A stretch of DNA of 64,000 bases from Myxococcota bacterium (GTDB lineage Bacteria > Myxococcota_A > UBA796 > UBA2385), in assembly GCA_044344255.1 (NCBI GenBank), contig JBIJDH010000013.1, positions 128,001 to 192,000 of the forward strand. Direction: 5' to 3'. Position numbers and translations under genes: made by a program. A model generated the notes under the pieces. It was not told the origin of the DNA, made no database searches, and saw only the letters and a list, made by a program, of their open reading frames with translations. Positions 1 through 9,757 of this stretch are shown here, piece after piece (position 1 is the first letter of the stretch; each line of letters begins with the position of its first letter).

Positions 1-2
1 CC

Positions 3-293
3 CGGGCCCGCGGAGCCCCGACCTGGCCGCACCTGCTCCTCAACCTCCTCCCGGTCGGCGCCACCCTCTCCGCCACGCTCTGCCTCGCCCAGACCGGCGG
101 CGTGTTGGTCGTCGAGAAGCTGCTGCTGATCGATGGGGCCGGCAGCCTGCTCTGGGACGCCTGCGCCCGCCGCGACTACCCGCTCGCCCTCGGCCTCGGC
201 CTCGGGGCCACCCTCGTCGTCGCCACGGCCCGGCTGCTCGCCGACACCCTCCGCCTCCTCGTCGATCCGCGAGAGAGAGAGGCCCTGGCGTGA
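3..293 (+). CDS. Dpp/Opp-type ABC transporter permease (DppB-like), C-terminal part, truncated by window edge
   Basis: The frame is open from the window start and reads ...HLLLNLLPV...GGVLVVEKLLLIDGAGSLLWDACARRDYPLALG, a typical DppB C-terminus. Its stop overlaps the next start (GTGA). Confidence 0.8.
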   Translation, partial: RARGAPTWPHLLLNLLPVGATLSATLCLAQTGGVLVVEKLLLIDGAGSLLWDACARRDYPLALGLGLGATLVVATARLLADTLRLLVDPREREALA

Positions 294-1090
294 GGCTGGG
301 CGCCAAGATCGGGGCGGGCTGGCTCAGCCTCCTCCTCTTCGCGTGGGCGGCCTCCGCCCTGCGCGACTACGACGTGCTGACCGACGTTCACCCCGACCTC
401 GCCGGACAGGGGCCCGCCGCCGGTCTCTGGCTCGGCGCCGACCACCTCGGCCGCGATGTGCTGGAGCGGCTCGTCACCGCGGTGGGAGCCTCGTTCCGGG
501 TCGGCCTCGTCGCCACCCTCGTCAGCCTCGCCGTGTCGCTGCCCTTGGGCGCGATCGGCGGGGTGGCGCGGGGGCTGTGGGCCGAGCTCTGCGGCGCGCC
601 GATGGCGCTGCTGGGCTCGATCCCTCGCTTCGTGCTCGTGCTCGTGATCTCCATGATCTTTGGCGACCCGCTCGAGGTCCTCGGCGTGGCCGCCGGGCTC
701 GCCTGGGCCCCCGCGCTCTCCGCGGAGCTGTCCGGCCGCCTCCGCGCCCTCTCGCAGCGCGAGTTCGTCGAGGCAGCGCTGGCCCACGGCCTCCACCCCG
801 CCCGCGTGCTGGTCTACCACCTGCTCTGGGTGAACGGTCGGCGGCTCATCGGCCGGAGCCTGCTCCAGCTCTTCGGCTTCGTGCTCGTGCTCGAGTCGAC
901 CCTCAGCTACATCGGCGGCTTCGGCGTCCCCGAACCGTGGCCGTCCTGGGGGAACATGCTGGCCTTCGAGTTCGGCGTCGGCGACGGCAACCCGCTGGCC
1001 TGGCTGGCCCCTGCCCTGACGCTCTGGGCGACCGTGCTGAGCACCGTCCTGCTCGCGGACGCCCTCGGGGAGGCGGAGCATGCGGTCTAA
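290..1090 (+). CDS. Dpp/Opp-type ABC transporter permease (DppC-like)
   Basis: Motifs WLGADHLGRDV, an EAA loop (REFVEAALAHG), LESTLSYIG and PSWGNML; several TM segments. Confidence 0.9.
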   Translation: MRLGAKIGAGWLSLLLFAWAASALRDYDVLTDVHPDLAGQGPAAGLWLGADHLGRDVLERLVTAVGASFRVGLVATLVSLAVSLPLGAIGGVARGLWAELCGAPMALLGSIPRFVLVLVISMIFGDPLEVLGVAAGLAWAPALSAELSGRLRALSQREFVEAALAHGLHPARVLVYHLLWVNGRRLIGRSLLQLFGFVLVLESTLSYIGGFGVPEPWPSWGNMLAFEFGVGDGNPLAWLAPALTLWATVLSTVLLADALGEAEHAV

Positions 1091-1907
1091 GCCCGCCCCC
1101 TCCCCCTCCCCCTCGCCCGACGAGGACACCGTCGATCGGCTCGACGTGGTCGGCCTTCGTGTCGTCGCGGGCCCGCGGGTGCTCATCCCTGACCTCAGCT
1201 TCACGCTGCCCGCGGGGCGGGTGGTCGCCCTCCTCGGCGCGTCGGGCTCGGGGAAGTCCGTGACCGCGCGCGCCTGCCTCGGCCTGCTCCCGGCCCGGCC
1301 CGGGGTGGTGTCAGGGAGCCTCCGCCTCCAGAGCCGCGGCGAGCGCCTCGGGCCCCTCCCCCTCGCCGGCGACCTCTCCCAACTCCGCGGTCGGCTGCTC
1401 GGCCTCCTCCCGCAGGACGGCCGCGCCTCCCTCGACCCCCTGCGGACGGTCGGCGGCCAGCTCAGCCTCGTTCTCCGCCTCCGCGAGGACCTCGATCCCA
1501 TCGGCAGCGTCGAGGGCTGGCTCGCCGCCGCTGGCCTCCGCGAGCCCCGCCGCGTGGCCGCCCTGTACCCCCACGCCCTCTCCGGCGGCATGGCGCAGCG
1601 CGTGGCCATCGCGATGGCCCTCGCCCGTGGATCGCGCTTCCTCTTCGCCGACGAGCCCACCACCGGCCTCGACCCCACGGTCGCCGCGCAGGTCGCCGAT
1701 CGCGTCCAAGGCCTCGCCCGCGAGGGCCTGGGCTTGCTCTTCATCACCCACGACCTCCGCCTCGCCGAGCGGATCGCCGACCAGCTCTTGATCATCGACG
1801 GCGGCGAGATCGTAGACCGCCTGAGCCCGAGGGCACTGGGCCTCGCCCGTAGCCCGGCCGCCGGACGCCTCCGCGCCGCCGCCGCGCGCCTGGAGGCCGG
1901 CCGATGA
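1080..1907 (+). CDS. ABC transporter ATP-binding protein (DppD-like)
   Basis: Walker A GASGSGKS, signature YPHALSGGMAQR, Walker B FADEPTTGLD, H-loop ITHDL. Confidence 0.9.
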   Translation: MRSKPAPSPSPSPDEDTVDRLDVVGLRVVAGPRVLIPDLSFTLPAGRVVALLGASGSGKSVTARACLGLLPARPGVVSGSLRLQSRGERLGPLPLAGDLSQLRGRLLGLLPQDGRASLDPLRTVGGQLSLVLRLREDLDPIGSVEGWLAAAGLREPRRVAALYPHALSGGMAQRVAIAMALARGSRFLFADEPTTGLDPTVAAQVADRVQGLAREGLGLLFITHDLRLAERIADQLLIIDGGEIVDRLSPRALGLARSPAAGRLRAAAARLEAGR

Positions 1908-2833
1908 GCCCACCCCCTCCCCTCGTGATGGAGCGAGCGGTCAAGCGCTTCCGCCGCGGCCTCTTCGGCCCGGTCGAGCGCGCGGTAGACGAGGTGGACC
2001 TCCAGGTCGGATCCGGTGAGGTGGTGGCCCTGATCGGGGAGAGCGGCTCGGGCAAGACCACCCTCGCCCGCCTCGCGGTCGGGCTGCTCGGCGCCGAGGG
2101 TGGGGAGGTGCGCCTCTTCGGCGAGCGCGTGGGCGACCTCCGCGGCGCCGCCCTCCGCGCCCTCCGGCGCCGCGCCCAGCTGCTCTTCCAGAGCCCGGAC
2201 GCCCACCTCAACCCCGGCCTCCCACTGCTCGCTCAGGTCGAGGAGTCCGCTCGCCTCTTCCGCGCAGGAGCAGACCCCCGCGCCGAGGCCGAGGCCGCCC
2301 TCGGGCAGGTGGGGCTCCTGCACCGCGCCGAGGCCCTCCCGGGCCAGCTCTCCGGCGGCGAGCGGCGCCGCGCCGGGATCGCGCGGGTGCTCTTGGCGCG
2401 CCCCGAGCTCATCCTCGCCGACGAGCCCACCGCGGGCCTCGACGCCGCGCTCAAGGCCGACATCATCGACCTCCTGCTCGCCGGCCGCCGCCCCGACACG
2501 GGGGTCTTGCTCATCTCCCATGATCTGCCGGTGGTGCGCTACGCCGCCTCCAGAGTGGTGGTCCTCCTGGCCGGACAGGTGGTCGAGCAGCTCCCCATTG
2601 AGGCCCTCGGCCGGGGGCCCCACCACCCCTTCACCTGGGCTCTCCTCGACGCCAGCGGGCTCATCCCCCGCCGCGCCGCGCCTCCCGCCGCCGAGCAGCC
2701 GGCCCACGACGGGGGCTGCCGCCACGCGGAGGTGTGTCCGGCGGCGACCTCCCCCTGTCGGCAGCACGCGCCGGCCCTGGCCCGGGTAGGGGAGGGCCGC
2801 GCCATTCGTTGTCACCTCGGAGGGACGCCGTGA
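1904..2833 (+). CDS. ABC transporter ATP-binding protein (DppF-like) with Cys-rich C-terminal domain
   Basis: GESGSGKT, LSGGERRR, ADEPTAGLD, ISHDL, and an HPFT...GCRHAEVCP...C...RCHL oligopeptide-transporter tail. Confidence 0.9.
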   Translation: MSPPPPLVMERAVKRFRRGLFGPVERAVDEVDLQVGSGEVVALIGESGSGKTTLARLAVGLLGAEGGEVRLFGERVGDLRGAALRALRRRAQLLFQSPDAHLNPGLPLLAQVEESARLFRAGADPRAEAEAALGQVGLLHRAEALPGQLSGGERRRAGIARVLLARPELILADEPTAGLDAALKADIIDLLLAGRRPDTGVLLISHDLPVVRYAASRVVVLLAGQVVEQLPIEALGRGPHHPFTWALLDASGLIPRRAAPPAAEQPAHDGGCRHAEVCPAATSPCRQHAPALARVGEGRAIRCHLGGTP

Positions 2834-3999
2834 CGCCGCTCCTGCTCCTCGCCCTGCTCAGCTCCCCGCGCCCCGCCGCGGCGGCCGAACGCGCCTCGGC
2901 GACGGAGGCGGGCGACGTCGCCTCTCGGGTGGCCCAGGCCCGCCTCTTCGTCAAGAAGGGGTGGTACCGAGACGCCGAGGCCGAGCTCGCGCTCGCCCGG
3001 GAGCTGCCCGGCGGCGCCACCTCCTTCGACCTGCACTGGCTCTGGGCGAACGTGGCCTGGGAGCTGCTCCAGGCCGAGGAGGCAGCCCAGATGGCCCACA
3101 TCGCGGCCGGGCTCGCTCCGGACGCCGCGCGCCGGGCCGACGCCGAGCAGATGGCCAACCTCGCCGGTCAGGGGATGGGCCTGCTCATCGTCTCGGCCCC
3201 CCACGATGGGATGCGGAGCCGCCTCATCCTCGAGCTCCCGGCGGTGATCTTCGATCCCAGCCTCAAGCTGTACGCCGAGCGCATGGCGTCCCGCCTCCGG
3301 GAGAAGACGCCGCTCCCCCAGCGCATCTGCTTGCCGCCGGGCGCCTACTCCATCAACGGCGAGGCGGTGACCCTCACGGCCGGTCAAACCACCGAGCTCG
3401 CCCTCCCCGCCAAGGCGATCGGCTCCAGGGGGCAGGCGGCCTTGCAGGTGGCGCGGATCGAGGTGGCCGGCGGAGTCGCCCTGTTGCACAGCGCCGAGCT
3501 CACCGCCCGTCCGGTGGTCCCCACGCTCGAGCTCGCCCTCACCGAGCCCGCCGGCCCCCTGCTCCTCGGCGTCCTGGGCGACCTGGGCCGCTCGGGGGGC
3601 CTGGCGCCGAACGGACAGGAGGCCGATCCCGCCCTCCAGTGGAGCGCCGGCCTCCGGGTCGGCGGAGACCTGCCCAACCGCAGCCCGCTGGCGATCCGGC
3701 CGAGCGTACTGCTCCGCCTCGGCACCCAGGCCGGCCTGCCCGTGGCCTGCGAGGGCGAGTCCTGCACCCTCGACGAGTCCGACCCCACCGCTGTCCTGCG
3801 AGTGGGCCAGCTCCTCGCCGCCGGCGGCGAGCTGTCGATCGACTACCGCAAGCCCGGCCACGCGACGGCGCTGGGCAGCGGCGTGAAGGTGGCGGTAGAC
3901 CACGCATCCGGTCGTGTCACCGACGTCACCGACCGCGAGACCGTCACCTGGAATGCAACCGGCGTCCGGGTGCTCGCCAATCTGACCATCGCATTCTGA
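2830..3999 (+). CDS. Secreted protein with N-terminal TPR-like helices and probable C-terminal beta-barrel
   Basis: GTG start overlaps the upstream TGA. Signal peptide (MTPLLLLALLSS...AAA), TPR-like helical segment (ARLFVKKGWYRDAEAEL), then alternating beta-strands ending in NLTIAF with a terminal Phe. Confidence 0.55.
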   Translation: MTPLLLLALLSSPRPAAAAERASATEAGDVASRVAQARLFVKKGWYRDAEAELALARELPGGATSFDLHWLWANVAWELLQAEEAAQMAHIAAGLAPDAARRADAEQMANLAGQGMGLLIVSAPHDGMRSRLILELPAVIFDPSLKLYAERMASRLREKTPLPQRICLPPGAYSINGEAVTLTAGQTTELALPAKAIGSRGQAALQVARIEVAGGVALLHSAELTARPVVPTLELALTEPAGPLLLGVLGDLGRSGGLAPNGQEADPALQWSAGLRVGGDLPNRSPLAIRPSVLLRLGTQAGLPVACEGESCTLDESDPTAVLRVGQLLAAGGELSIDYRKPGHATALGSGVKVAVDHASGRVTDVTDRETVTWNATGVRVLANLTIAF

Positions 4000-4012
4000 A
4001 CCGAGGTCCCCG

Positions 4013-5071
4013 ATGCTGCTCGCCCTCTCCCTCCTCGCCACCGCGTGGGCCGGCGCGCGTCCGGTGAGCCCGCCGGTCGACGGGAACTGCCAGGCCCCAA
4101 GCTGGTCTCCAGACGGCGCAAAGCTTGCATACGAAGTTAACTTCCTTGACAAGAAGGCGATCGAGCAGCACATCTACACGCCCGGAACCGATCGCCCCCA
4201 GCGGGTCCAGCCGATGAACCGCGGCGGCTCGTCCGTCACCGCCGGCTTCTCCGGCGCGGGCGGGGAGAACGTCGCCCACGAGCTGTCCTGGTCTCCGCCC
4301 GCCCTCGGCCTGTACGTGTACTCTGCGGCGAATTCCAACCGGGACTACGACCTCTTTACGAGCTCGGGCACACCGATCGCCCCTGCGCAGGGCGCCGACG
4401 GTGCCCCGGATTGGTCGAGAGACGGCCAACGCATCATCTTCAGCAGCGCCCGCACCGGCCAGGGTGACCTCTACCTGATCGACGTCCGGCGCACCGACCT
4501 GCCGCCCCGCCAAATCAGCCGCACCGCGACCGCCTCCGAGCTCTACCCCTCCCTCTCACCAGACGGCCGCTCGGTGGTCTACGTGAGCCGCGGTGAGTCG
4601 GGCGAGAACCTGTACCTCATCCGCGACATCGACCAGCCCGAGCCCACACGCCTCACCTCGTGGCCCCACATCCAGACCCGCCCCACGTGGAGCCCCGACG
4701 GCAAGCGCATCGCCTTCTACACCAACCACGACGACGCGCGGCGTTTCGATCTCTACGTGATGAGCCCGGGCTCGACCCCCTTCCCGATCGCGCGAGGCGT
4801 GGTGATGAGCGAGGACGGCCCGTCATGGACACCCGATGGCCAGTCGATCGTGTTCGTGCGTGACGAAGACGCCCGCTACGACCCCGTCTATATCGCAAAC
4901 CTCGTGTCGCCCGACAAGCCGGTGCTCGTCGCCACCGGGACCGTCGGCAACACAGATCTCGACGTCACCCGCGGCACCGACGGCGCGGTCTGGCTCGCCG
5001 TCTCTGCGCAGGGCCTCGCCAGCGACAAGATCCGCGACTGGAAGCGCATCTACGTGATGCGGCTCCCTTGA
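4013..5071 (+). CDS. TolB-like PD40 beta-propeller protein (exported)
   Basis: Signal peptide and repeated PD40 motifs PSWSPDG, PDWSRDG, PSLSPDG, PTWSPDG, PSWTPDG. No TolB N-terminal domain and no tolQRA/pal nearby. Confidence 0.85.
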   Translation: MLLALSLLATAWAGARPVSPPVDGNCQAPSWSPDGAKLAYEVNFLDKKAIEQHIYTPGTDRPQRVQPMNRGGSSVTAGFSGAGGENVAHELSWSPPALGLYVYSAANSNRDYDLFTSSGTPIAPAQGADGAPDWSRDGQRIIFSSARTGQGDLYLIDVRRTDLPPRQISRTATASELYPSLSPDGRSVVYVSRGESGENLYLIRDIDQPEPTRLTSWPHIQTRPTWSPDGKRIAFYTNHDDARRFDLYVMSPGSTPFPIARGVVMSEDGPSWTPDGQSIVFVRDEDARYDPVYIANLVSPDKPVLVATGTVGNTDLDVTRGTDGAVWLAVSAQGLASDKIRDWKRIYVMRLP

Positions 5072-5088
5072 TGTGCGCGAGAGAGGAG

Positions 5089-5161
5089 TGGAGGCAAACG
5101 GGATCGAACCGATGACCTCCTGCGTGCAAAGCAGGCGCTCTCCCAGCTGAGCTATGCCCCC
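5089..5161 (-). tRNA. tRNA-Ala (TGC)
   Basis: Reverse complement is GGGGGCATAGCTCAGCTGGGAGAGCGCCTGCTTTGCACGCAGGAGGTCATCGGTTCGATCCCGTTTGCCTCCA. It has the G3:U70 Ala identity pair and a TGC anticodon; CCA is not encoded. Confidence 0.97.
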
Positions 5162-5190
5162 TCATCCCTCTGCGAGACGGGCTGCGAGTA

Positions 5191-5267
<77 letters not shown>

Positions 5268-5394
5268 ATACCCACTCTGCCTGTACTTTTACGGTGCCCC
5301 ACTCGTCTCTTCAACTGACAATCATCAAGTCAAACGTGACGATGGTGCGCCTCTCGCGGCGGCTCAGAGCACCTTGGCGCCCCGAAGCGACAGC

Positions 5395-5423
5395 CTTATA
5401 TCGAAGACCGAGGCGCCCGTCAA
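5395..5423 (-). promoter_or_regulatory. sigma70-type promoter for the tRNA-Ile/tRNA-Ala unit
   Basis: Minus strand TTGACG (5423-5418), 17 bp spacer, TATAAG (5400-5395), about 125 nt upstream of tRNA-Ile. Confidence 0.8.
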
Positions 5424-5445
5424 GGGAGCTCGATCGACTCCCACC

Positions 5446-8163
5446 TTAGGGGGCGACCCCCTCACTGGTGATGAAGCCGTCGGGCTGGCCATCGACGTCG
5501 AGGCAGTCCGGATCGAGGGCGTCGATGAGCGTGTCCCCGTCGTTGTCCTCGCCGTCGTAGCAGGCGGGGATCGGGAAGCCCGCGGGGAGGTCCTTCGCCT
5601 CGTTGCCGTAGCCGTTGACCTCACAGCCCGGGTCCTTGGCGTCGACGAAGAGATCGCCGTCGTTGTCGGCGCCGTCGATGCAGTCGTTGCGCAGCCCGTC
5701 CGGGACCTCGGTGGCGGTCGCGCCGTCCACGAAGCACGCGAGATCGGCAGCGTCGATGTCGCCGTGCCCGTCGTTATCGACGCCGTCATTACACTCGTCG
5801 GTGCCAAAGCCGAGCTCGGAGTCGGCGCCGGTGAGGCAGTCGGGATCAGAGGCGTCGGCCCAGCCGTCCGCGTCCTCGTCGATGCCGTCCGAACAGCCCC
5901 AGCCTGGATCCTCGACGCCGACCTCATCGCCGGACCAGGGATCCGCGCACTCGCCGTCCAGCTCGTCCACCCAGCCGTCGCCGTCGTTATCCTCGCCGTC
6001 GGCGCAGTTGCCCTCGAATTCATCGCCGCGGCGGCACTCGGGATCATCCGCGTCTGCGAGGCCGTCACCCTCGTTGTCAACCCCGTCGTTGCAGGGGGTG
6101 TCTCCGAAGGTGGAGTTGTCTTCGAGCTCCCCGTCGGCGCAGTCGGGGTCCTTGTTGTCGGCCCAGCCGTCGCCGTCGTTGTCTTCGCCGTCCCGGCAGG
6201 TGCCCTCGGCCTCTCCGCCGCTCGTACACTTCGGGTCGTCGGCGTCGATCTTGCCGTCACCGTCGTTGTCTTCGCCGTCGTTACACGACGCGTCACCGAA
6301 GGTGTGATTGTCCTCCACCGGCGCGTCTTCGTCGAGGCAGTCCGGATCGAGCGCGTCAACCCAGCCGTCCCCGTCCTGGTCGTCGCAGTCCCCGCAGTTC
6401 TCGCCGTCCTGGACCTTGTTGACCCAGCTCGCGTAGCCGCTGTCCGCGAGGGGGAGCCCGAGGTAGCCGATGTCACCGGTGGAGTAGGAGAAGACCACAT
6501 CTCCCCCGAGGGAGGTGCCGATCTTGTACTCGGTGATCCGCTCGGCCGTCATCATGATGAAGCCGTAGTCGGTGCGAGCGGGGTCTCCCCAGTCGCCGGG
6601 GACGTAACCGGAGGCGGGATCGAAGCGGTAGCCGATGTCGAAGTTCGCCGACGGGAACTGGTACAGGATCGATGCCGGCATCTCCAGCCGTGAACGCCCG
6701 GTCTCCGGATCAACGTTGTAGGCGTCGGGGACCGTGATCACCGCCTTGACGGTCGCGCCCGCCCCGCCGAACCAGCCGAGCCGCACGTACGTGGCGCCCA
6801 CGCGCACGAAGCTGCGGGCCGCGTGGATGGAGCCGCCGGTTGAGAGCTCGGCCGTCGAGGGCACCCATTCCCACACCGCCGCGACATCATCGCCCGTGGT
6901 GCTGTGGTCCCCGTTCGAGTCGATACAGTCCGGGGAGAAGCCGACGATCGAGAAGAGGTTCGAGTAGCTGGGGTTGGTCTCGGACACGCCGAGCAGGGCC
7001 AGGTAGTCGAGGGCAAAGCCGGAGGTGCCATAGAAGGTCGCGTACTCGGGGAGGCGGATCGACACCCCCTCCACCCCGGCGTCCGGCATGTCGAGCACGA
7101 CCTCCACCGGCTGGTCGGTGACGATCTCGCCCGAGTCATCCTTCGTCCCGAAGAAGGTCCCGCCGACCGGCCACTCCGCCTCGTACTGGTACGAGCGAGG
7201 CTCGTTGTAGTCGGCGGACTGGCAGAAATTCATCTCGCCGAGGTCGTAGCGCTTCGCCCCGGGGAGACAGTTCCCGTCCTGGTCCTGGGCGTTCGCGAGC
7301 AAGGACGTGACCGGACCGGCCAGGTCGAAGCCCTCGAACTCCTCCTCCACGGTGTTCCCCTCCGCGTCCACGGTGTTCCAGACACCGCCGTTGACCGGAT
7401 ACTGAGCGATGCCCGAGAGATCGGAGCACCAATCGGTCCCCTGAAGCGCCGGGTTTCGCAGCTTGAAGTTCTTGACTTCGTGACGGAGGTTGCTGTAGAG
7501 GTCTTCGAGATCGAAGGTGTTGATGTCCTGGGGAGGGGCCAGAAACTTCCACTCGTTCCAGGCGAAGTCCGTCGTCCCTCCCCAGCCTCCTCGGTAGCCG
7601 GTGTAGGGGGCGCCGACCCGGGGGAACAAGAACTTCAGGAGCTCGCTCTTGCCCTCCACGCCCGCGACGCCCGTCATCGGCGAGTTCTGGCAGAACCAGG
7701 CCTCCGAGGGGTGGCCGATGCCGCCCATACAGGACAACGTGTCGTTGGTGACCGCGACGTAGCCGATCTGTCCGTCGTAGAAGCCCTCCACGTCAGGCCC
7801 ATCGGCGTCGTAGAAATAGCCGCCCTTCAGGCGGGACTGTCCACGCTCGGTCCCGACGACGATGTCCACAGCGCCGCCCTCGATGGGACCGCGCGGGACG
7901 ATGATCTCGACAGAGGAGCCATCCGCCGACACCACGACGGCGTTCTGCGAGCCGAAGACCACGGTGATCGCAGCGGGGTCGTCGCCGAAGTTCGAGCCGC
8001 TGATCCGCAGCGTACCGCCGCCGATCGTGCCGTTCTCCGAGGTGACGTCGAGCCCGCCGATCGTGGGGCCCCCGCCGCCGCCGTAGTAGTCTTCGAAGCC
8101 GTCCCCGATCTGGCAAGCCGCGAGCAGCAGGGCCGTGAGCGCGAAGATGCGATTGTTCTTCAT
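5446..8163 (-). CDS. Large lipoprotein: IPT/TIG domain, unknown core and nine Cys/Asp-rich putative Ca-binding repeats
   Basis: Lipobox LLLAAC; IPT/TIG pattern (GGGTLRISGSNFG...VVFG...IIVP...AVDIVV); C-terminal CxDGxDNDGDGxxDxxDPxC repeats. Confidence 0.75.
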   Translation of the reverse strand: MKNNRIFALTALLLAACQIGDGFEDYYGGGGGPTIGGLDVTSENGTIGGGTLRISGSNFGDDPAAITVVFGSQNAVVVSADGSSVEIIVPRGPIEGGAVDIVVGTERGQSRLKGGYFYDADGPDVEGFYDGQIGYVAVTNDTLSCMGGIGHPSEAWFCQNSPMTGVAGVEGKSELLKFLFPRVGAPYTGYRGGWGGTTDFAWNEWKFLAPPQDINTFDLEDLYSNLRHEVKNFKLRNPALQGTDWCSDLSGIAQYPVNGGVWNTVDAEGNTVEEEFEGFDLAGPVTSLLANAQDQDGNCLPGAKRYDLGEMNFCQSADYNEPRSYQYEAEWPVGGTFFGTKDDSGEIVTDQPVEVVLDMPDAGVEGVSIRLPEYATFYGTSGFALDYLALLGVSETNPSYSNLFSIVGFSPDCIDSNGDHSTTGDDVAAVWEWVPSTAELSTGGSIHAARSFVRVGATYVRLGWFGGAGATVKAVITVPDAYNVDPETGRSRLEMPASILYQFPSANFDIGYRFDPASGYVPGDWGDPARTDYGFIMMTAERITEYKIGTSLGGDVVFSYSTGDIGYLGLPLADSGYASWVNKVQDGENCGDCDDQDGDGWVDALDPDCLDEDAPVEDNHTFGDASCNDGEDNDGDGKIDADDPKCTSGGEAEGTCRDGEDNDGDGWADNKDPDCADGELEDNSTFGDTPCNDGVDNEGDGLADADDPECRRGDEFEGNCADGEDNDGDGWVDELDGECADPWSGDEVGVEDPGWGCSDGIDEDADGWADASDPDCLTGADSELGFGTDECNDGVDNDGHGDIDAADLACFVDGATATEVPDGLRNDCIDGADNDGDLFVDAKDPGCEVNGYGNEAKDLPAGFPIPACYDGEDNDGDTLIDALDPDCLDVDGQPDGFITSEGVAP
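5503..6402 (-). repeat. Nine coding repeats CxDGxD(N/E)DGDGxxDxxDPxC
   Basis: Counted in the translation, e.g. SCNDGEDNDGDGKIDADDPKC, TCRDGEDNDGDGWADNKDPDC, ACYDGEDNDGDTLIDALDPDC. Confidence 0.85.
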
Positions 8164-8178
8164 GGTTGTACCCCGGGC

Positions 8179-9750
8179 CTACTTCTGGAACCAGAAACGA
8201 CCGAGCTCGACCGACCGGGCGAGCACCCGAACATCGCTGATGTCGCGTCGCTGCCCGTACCGGTCTCGGACCGGCGGCGTATCGACGTTCATCACGCTGG
8301 TTCGGGTCATATAGAAGATGGCACCCTCCGCCTTGTTTCGGGTGGCGTAGTCGAGGGCATCGGCGATCATGGCGTTGGTGATCGTGAAGCTGCCGCTGTC
8401 ACCCGCGTTGCAGGTCACATCGGCCAGGGTGGCCGTCGGCTCCCCCTGGAGCCCGGTCACGAATCCACCGTCGCTGGCGAGCAGCGAGGGGTCTGTCTCC
8501 CAAGTGAAGTCATCCCCCTCCACCTCACAGGCGAGGGCGCTGCGGGTGCCGTGATCATCGGCGAACTCACCGCCCGAGATGACCCCGCTCTGATCGATGA
8601 ACGCGTCCTGATGGTACGCCGTGATCGACTCCGTCAGCGGAACGTTGACCGTCGCGACGAGCTTGTTCTCATCATCCAAGTCCACCGGGCCGAGGAAGCG
8701 GACGGAGATCGTCACGAGGTCCGAGCTCTCACCGCTCCCAGGCACCCACTTCACCGTGACGCTCCCGTCTTCGGTGTCCCACGGGCCGGTGTACATCTGT
8801 CCGCTGAAGGTCGACTCGACCCCCGGGGGCTCCTGGAGCGCCAGACAGTCTTCCGGGTCCTGCGGCATCGACTCATGGGCCAAGAACTGGAGGCAGGTGC
8901 TGTAGCCCTCGTCCCCGAGCTCGTCGGCGGTCATGAGCAAGTTCCCGTCGGCGTCGTAGACCGGCCCCTTCCAAGACATCATGACACCGGTGGGCTTCTC
9001 CGGCAGGGTGAACGTCGAGCCCGGACCGGCCGCGAGGGGGCTCGGGATGGAGCCGACGCCCGCGTCTTCCGGCGGGATGCCGCCCGGGAAGGTCATCGCC
9101 ACCGAGGCGCCGGGGAGCCAGTTGGCGGCCTCGATCACCCGCGTGTTTTCCCTAGAGAAAGCACCGTCGCCAGGGTCCGCCAGACCGACCAGCGGCTGGG
9201 TGATGTGGACGTCGAGGTCGCTGTAGTAGGCGAACAGGTTCTCGACGTTGTTCTTCGGGTAGACGAGCGGACGGCGCCCGATGGAGAAGGAGATGCCGTC
9301 CTCATCGCCGACGAAGGTCACCGCCGTCCCCACGTCGGCCGTGTTGTTCAGGTAGGCCTGCGGCTCGAAGTTGGTGTAGCAGGAGCCCTCGACCTCGGGC
9401 GGGACTCCGAAGCTGCCGAACAGGGTGTCGGTGGCGGGGAGGTCGGTCTCCATCACGAAGGCGAGGCCGTAGATCATCGAGTAGGGCGGCTTCATCTGCA
9501 TGAAGTCGGGCCCCACCGCGTCGTAGGACACCAGGCCCACGAGGCCGAGCGGCAAGCCGGCGCCCGCGAAGTTCACGAGGTCGTACTCCACGACCCCGCC
9601 ATAGTTGTTGGGGGTCGGACCAACATCATCCGGCTGCAGGCCCACGCCGGCCAGCTTGACGGGCGTGGGTGTGACCGGCTGCCCGCAGGCCGCGACCGAG
9701 AGGAGCGCGGCGCCGAGGAGGAGGAGACGGGGGGAAATCGGGGTGTTCAT
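8179..9750 (-). CDS. Uncharacterised lipoprotein (523 aa, acidic)
   Basis: Lipobox LLSVAAC; 7 bp from the upstream stop with a GGTGAG RBS-like sequence; typical GC3 codon bias. Confidence 0.75.
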   Translation of the reverse strand: MNTPISPRLLLLGAALLSVAACGQPVTPTPVKLAGVGLQPDDVGPTPNNYGGVVEYDLVNFAGAGLPLGLVGLVSYDAVGPDFMQMKPPYSMIYGLAFVMETDLPATDTLFGSFGVPPEVEGSCYTNFEPQAYLNNTADVGTAVTFVGDEDGISFSIGRRPLVYPKNNVENLFAYYSDLDVHITQPLVGLADPGDGAFSRENTRVIEAANWLPGASVAMTFPGGIPPEDAGVGSIPSPLAAGPGSTFTLPEKPTGVMMSWKGPVYDADGNLLMTADELGDEGYSTCLQFLAHESMPQDPEDCLALQEPPGVESTFSGQMYTGPWDTEDGSVTVKWVPGSGESSDLVTISVRFLGPVDLDDENKLVATVNVPLTESITAYHQDAFIDQSGVISGGEFADDHGTRSALACEVEGDDFTWETDPSLLASDGGFVTGLQGEPTATLADVTCNAGDSGSFTITNAMIADALDYATRNKAEGAIFYMTRTSVMNVDTPPVRDRYGQRRDISDVRVLARSVELGRFWFQK

Positions 9751-9757
9751 GGCTCAC

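Noticed and set aside
4013..5071. Bona fide tolB of the Tol-Pal system
   Set aside because: It lacks the TolB N-terminal domain and the tolQRA/pal context, so no gene symbol was assigned.
5446..9750. Lipoproteins as TraA/TraB outer-membrane-exchange proteins
   Set aside because: They have no MYXO-CTERM tail and no OmpA-domain partner, and the Cys/Asp repeats differ from what I recall of the TraA repeat; only a loose analogy holds.
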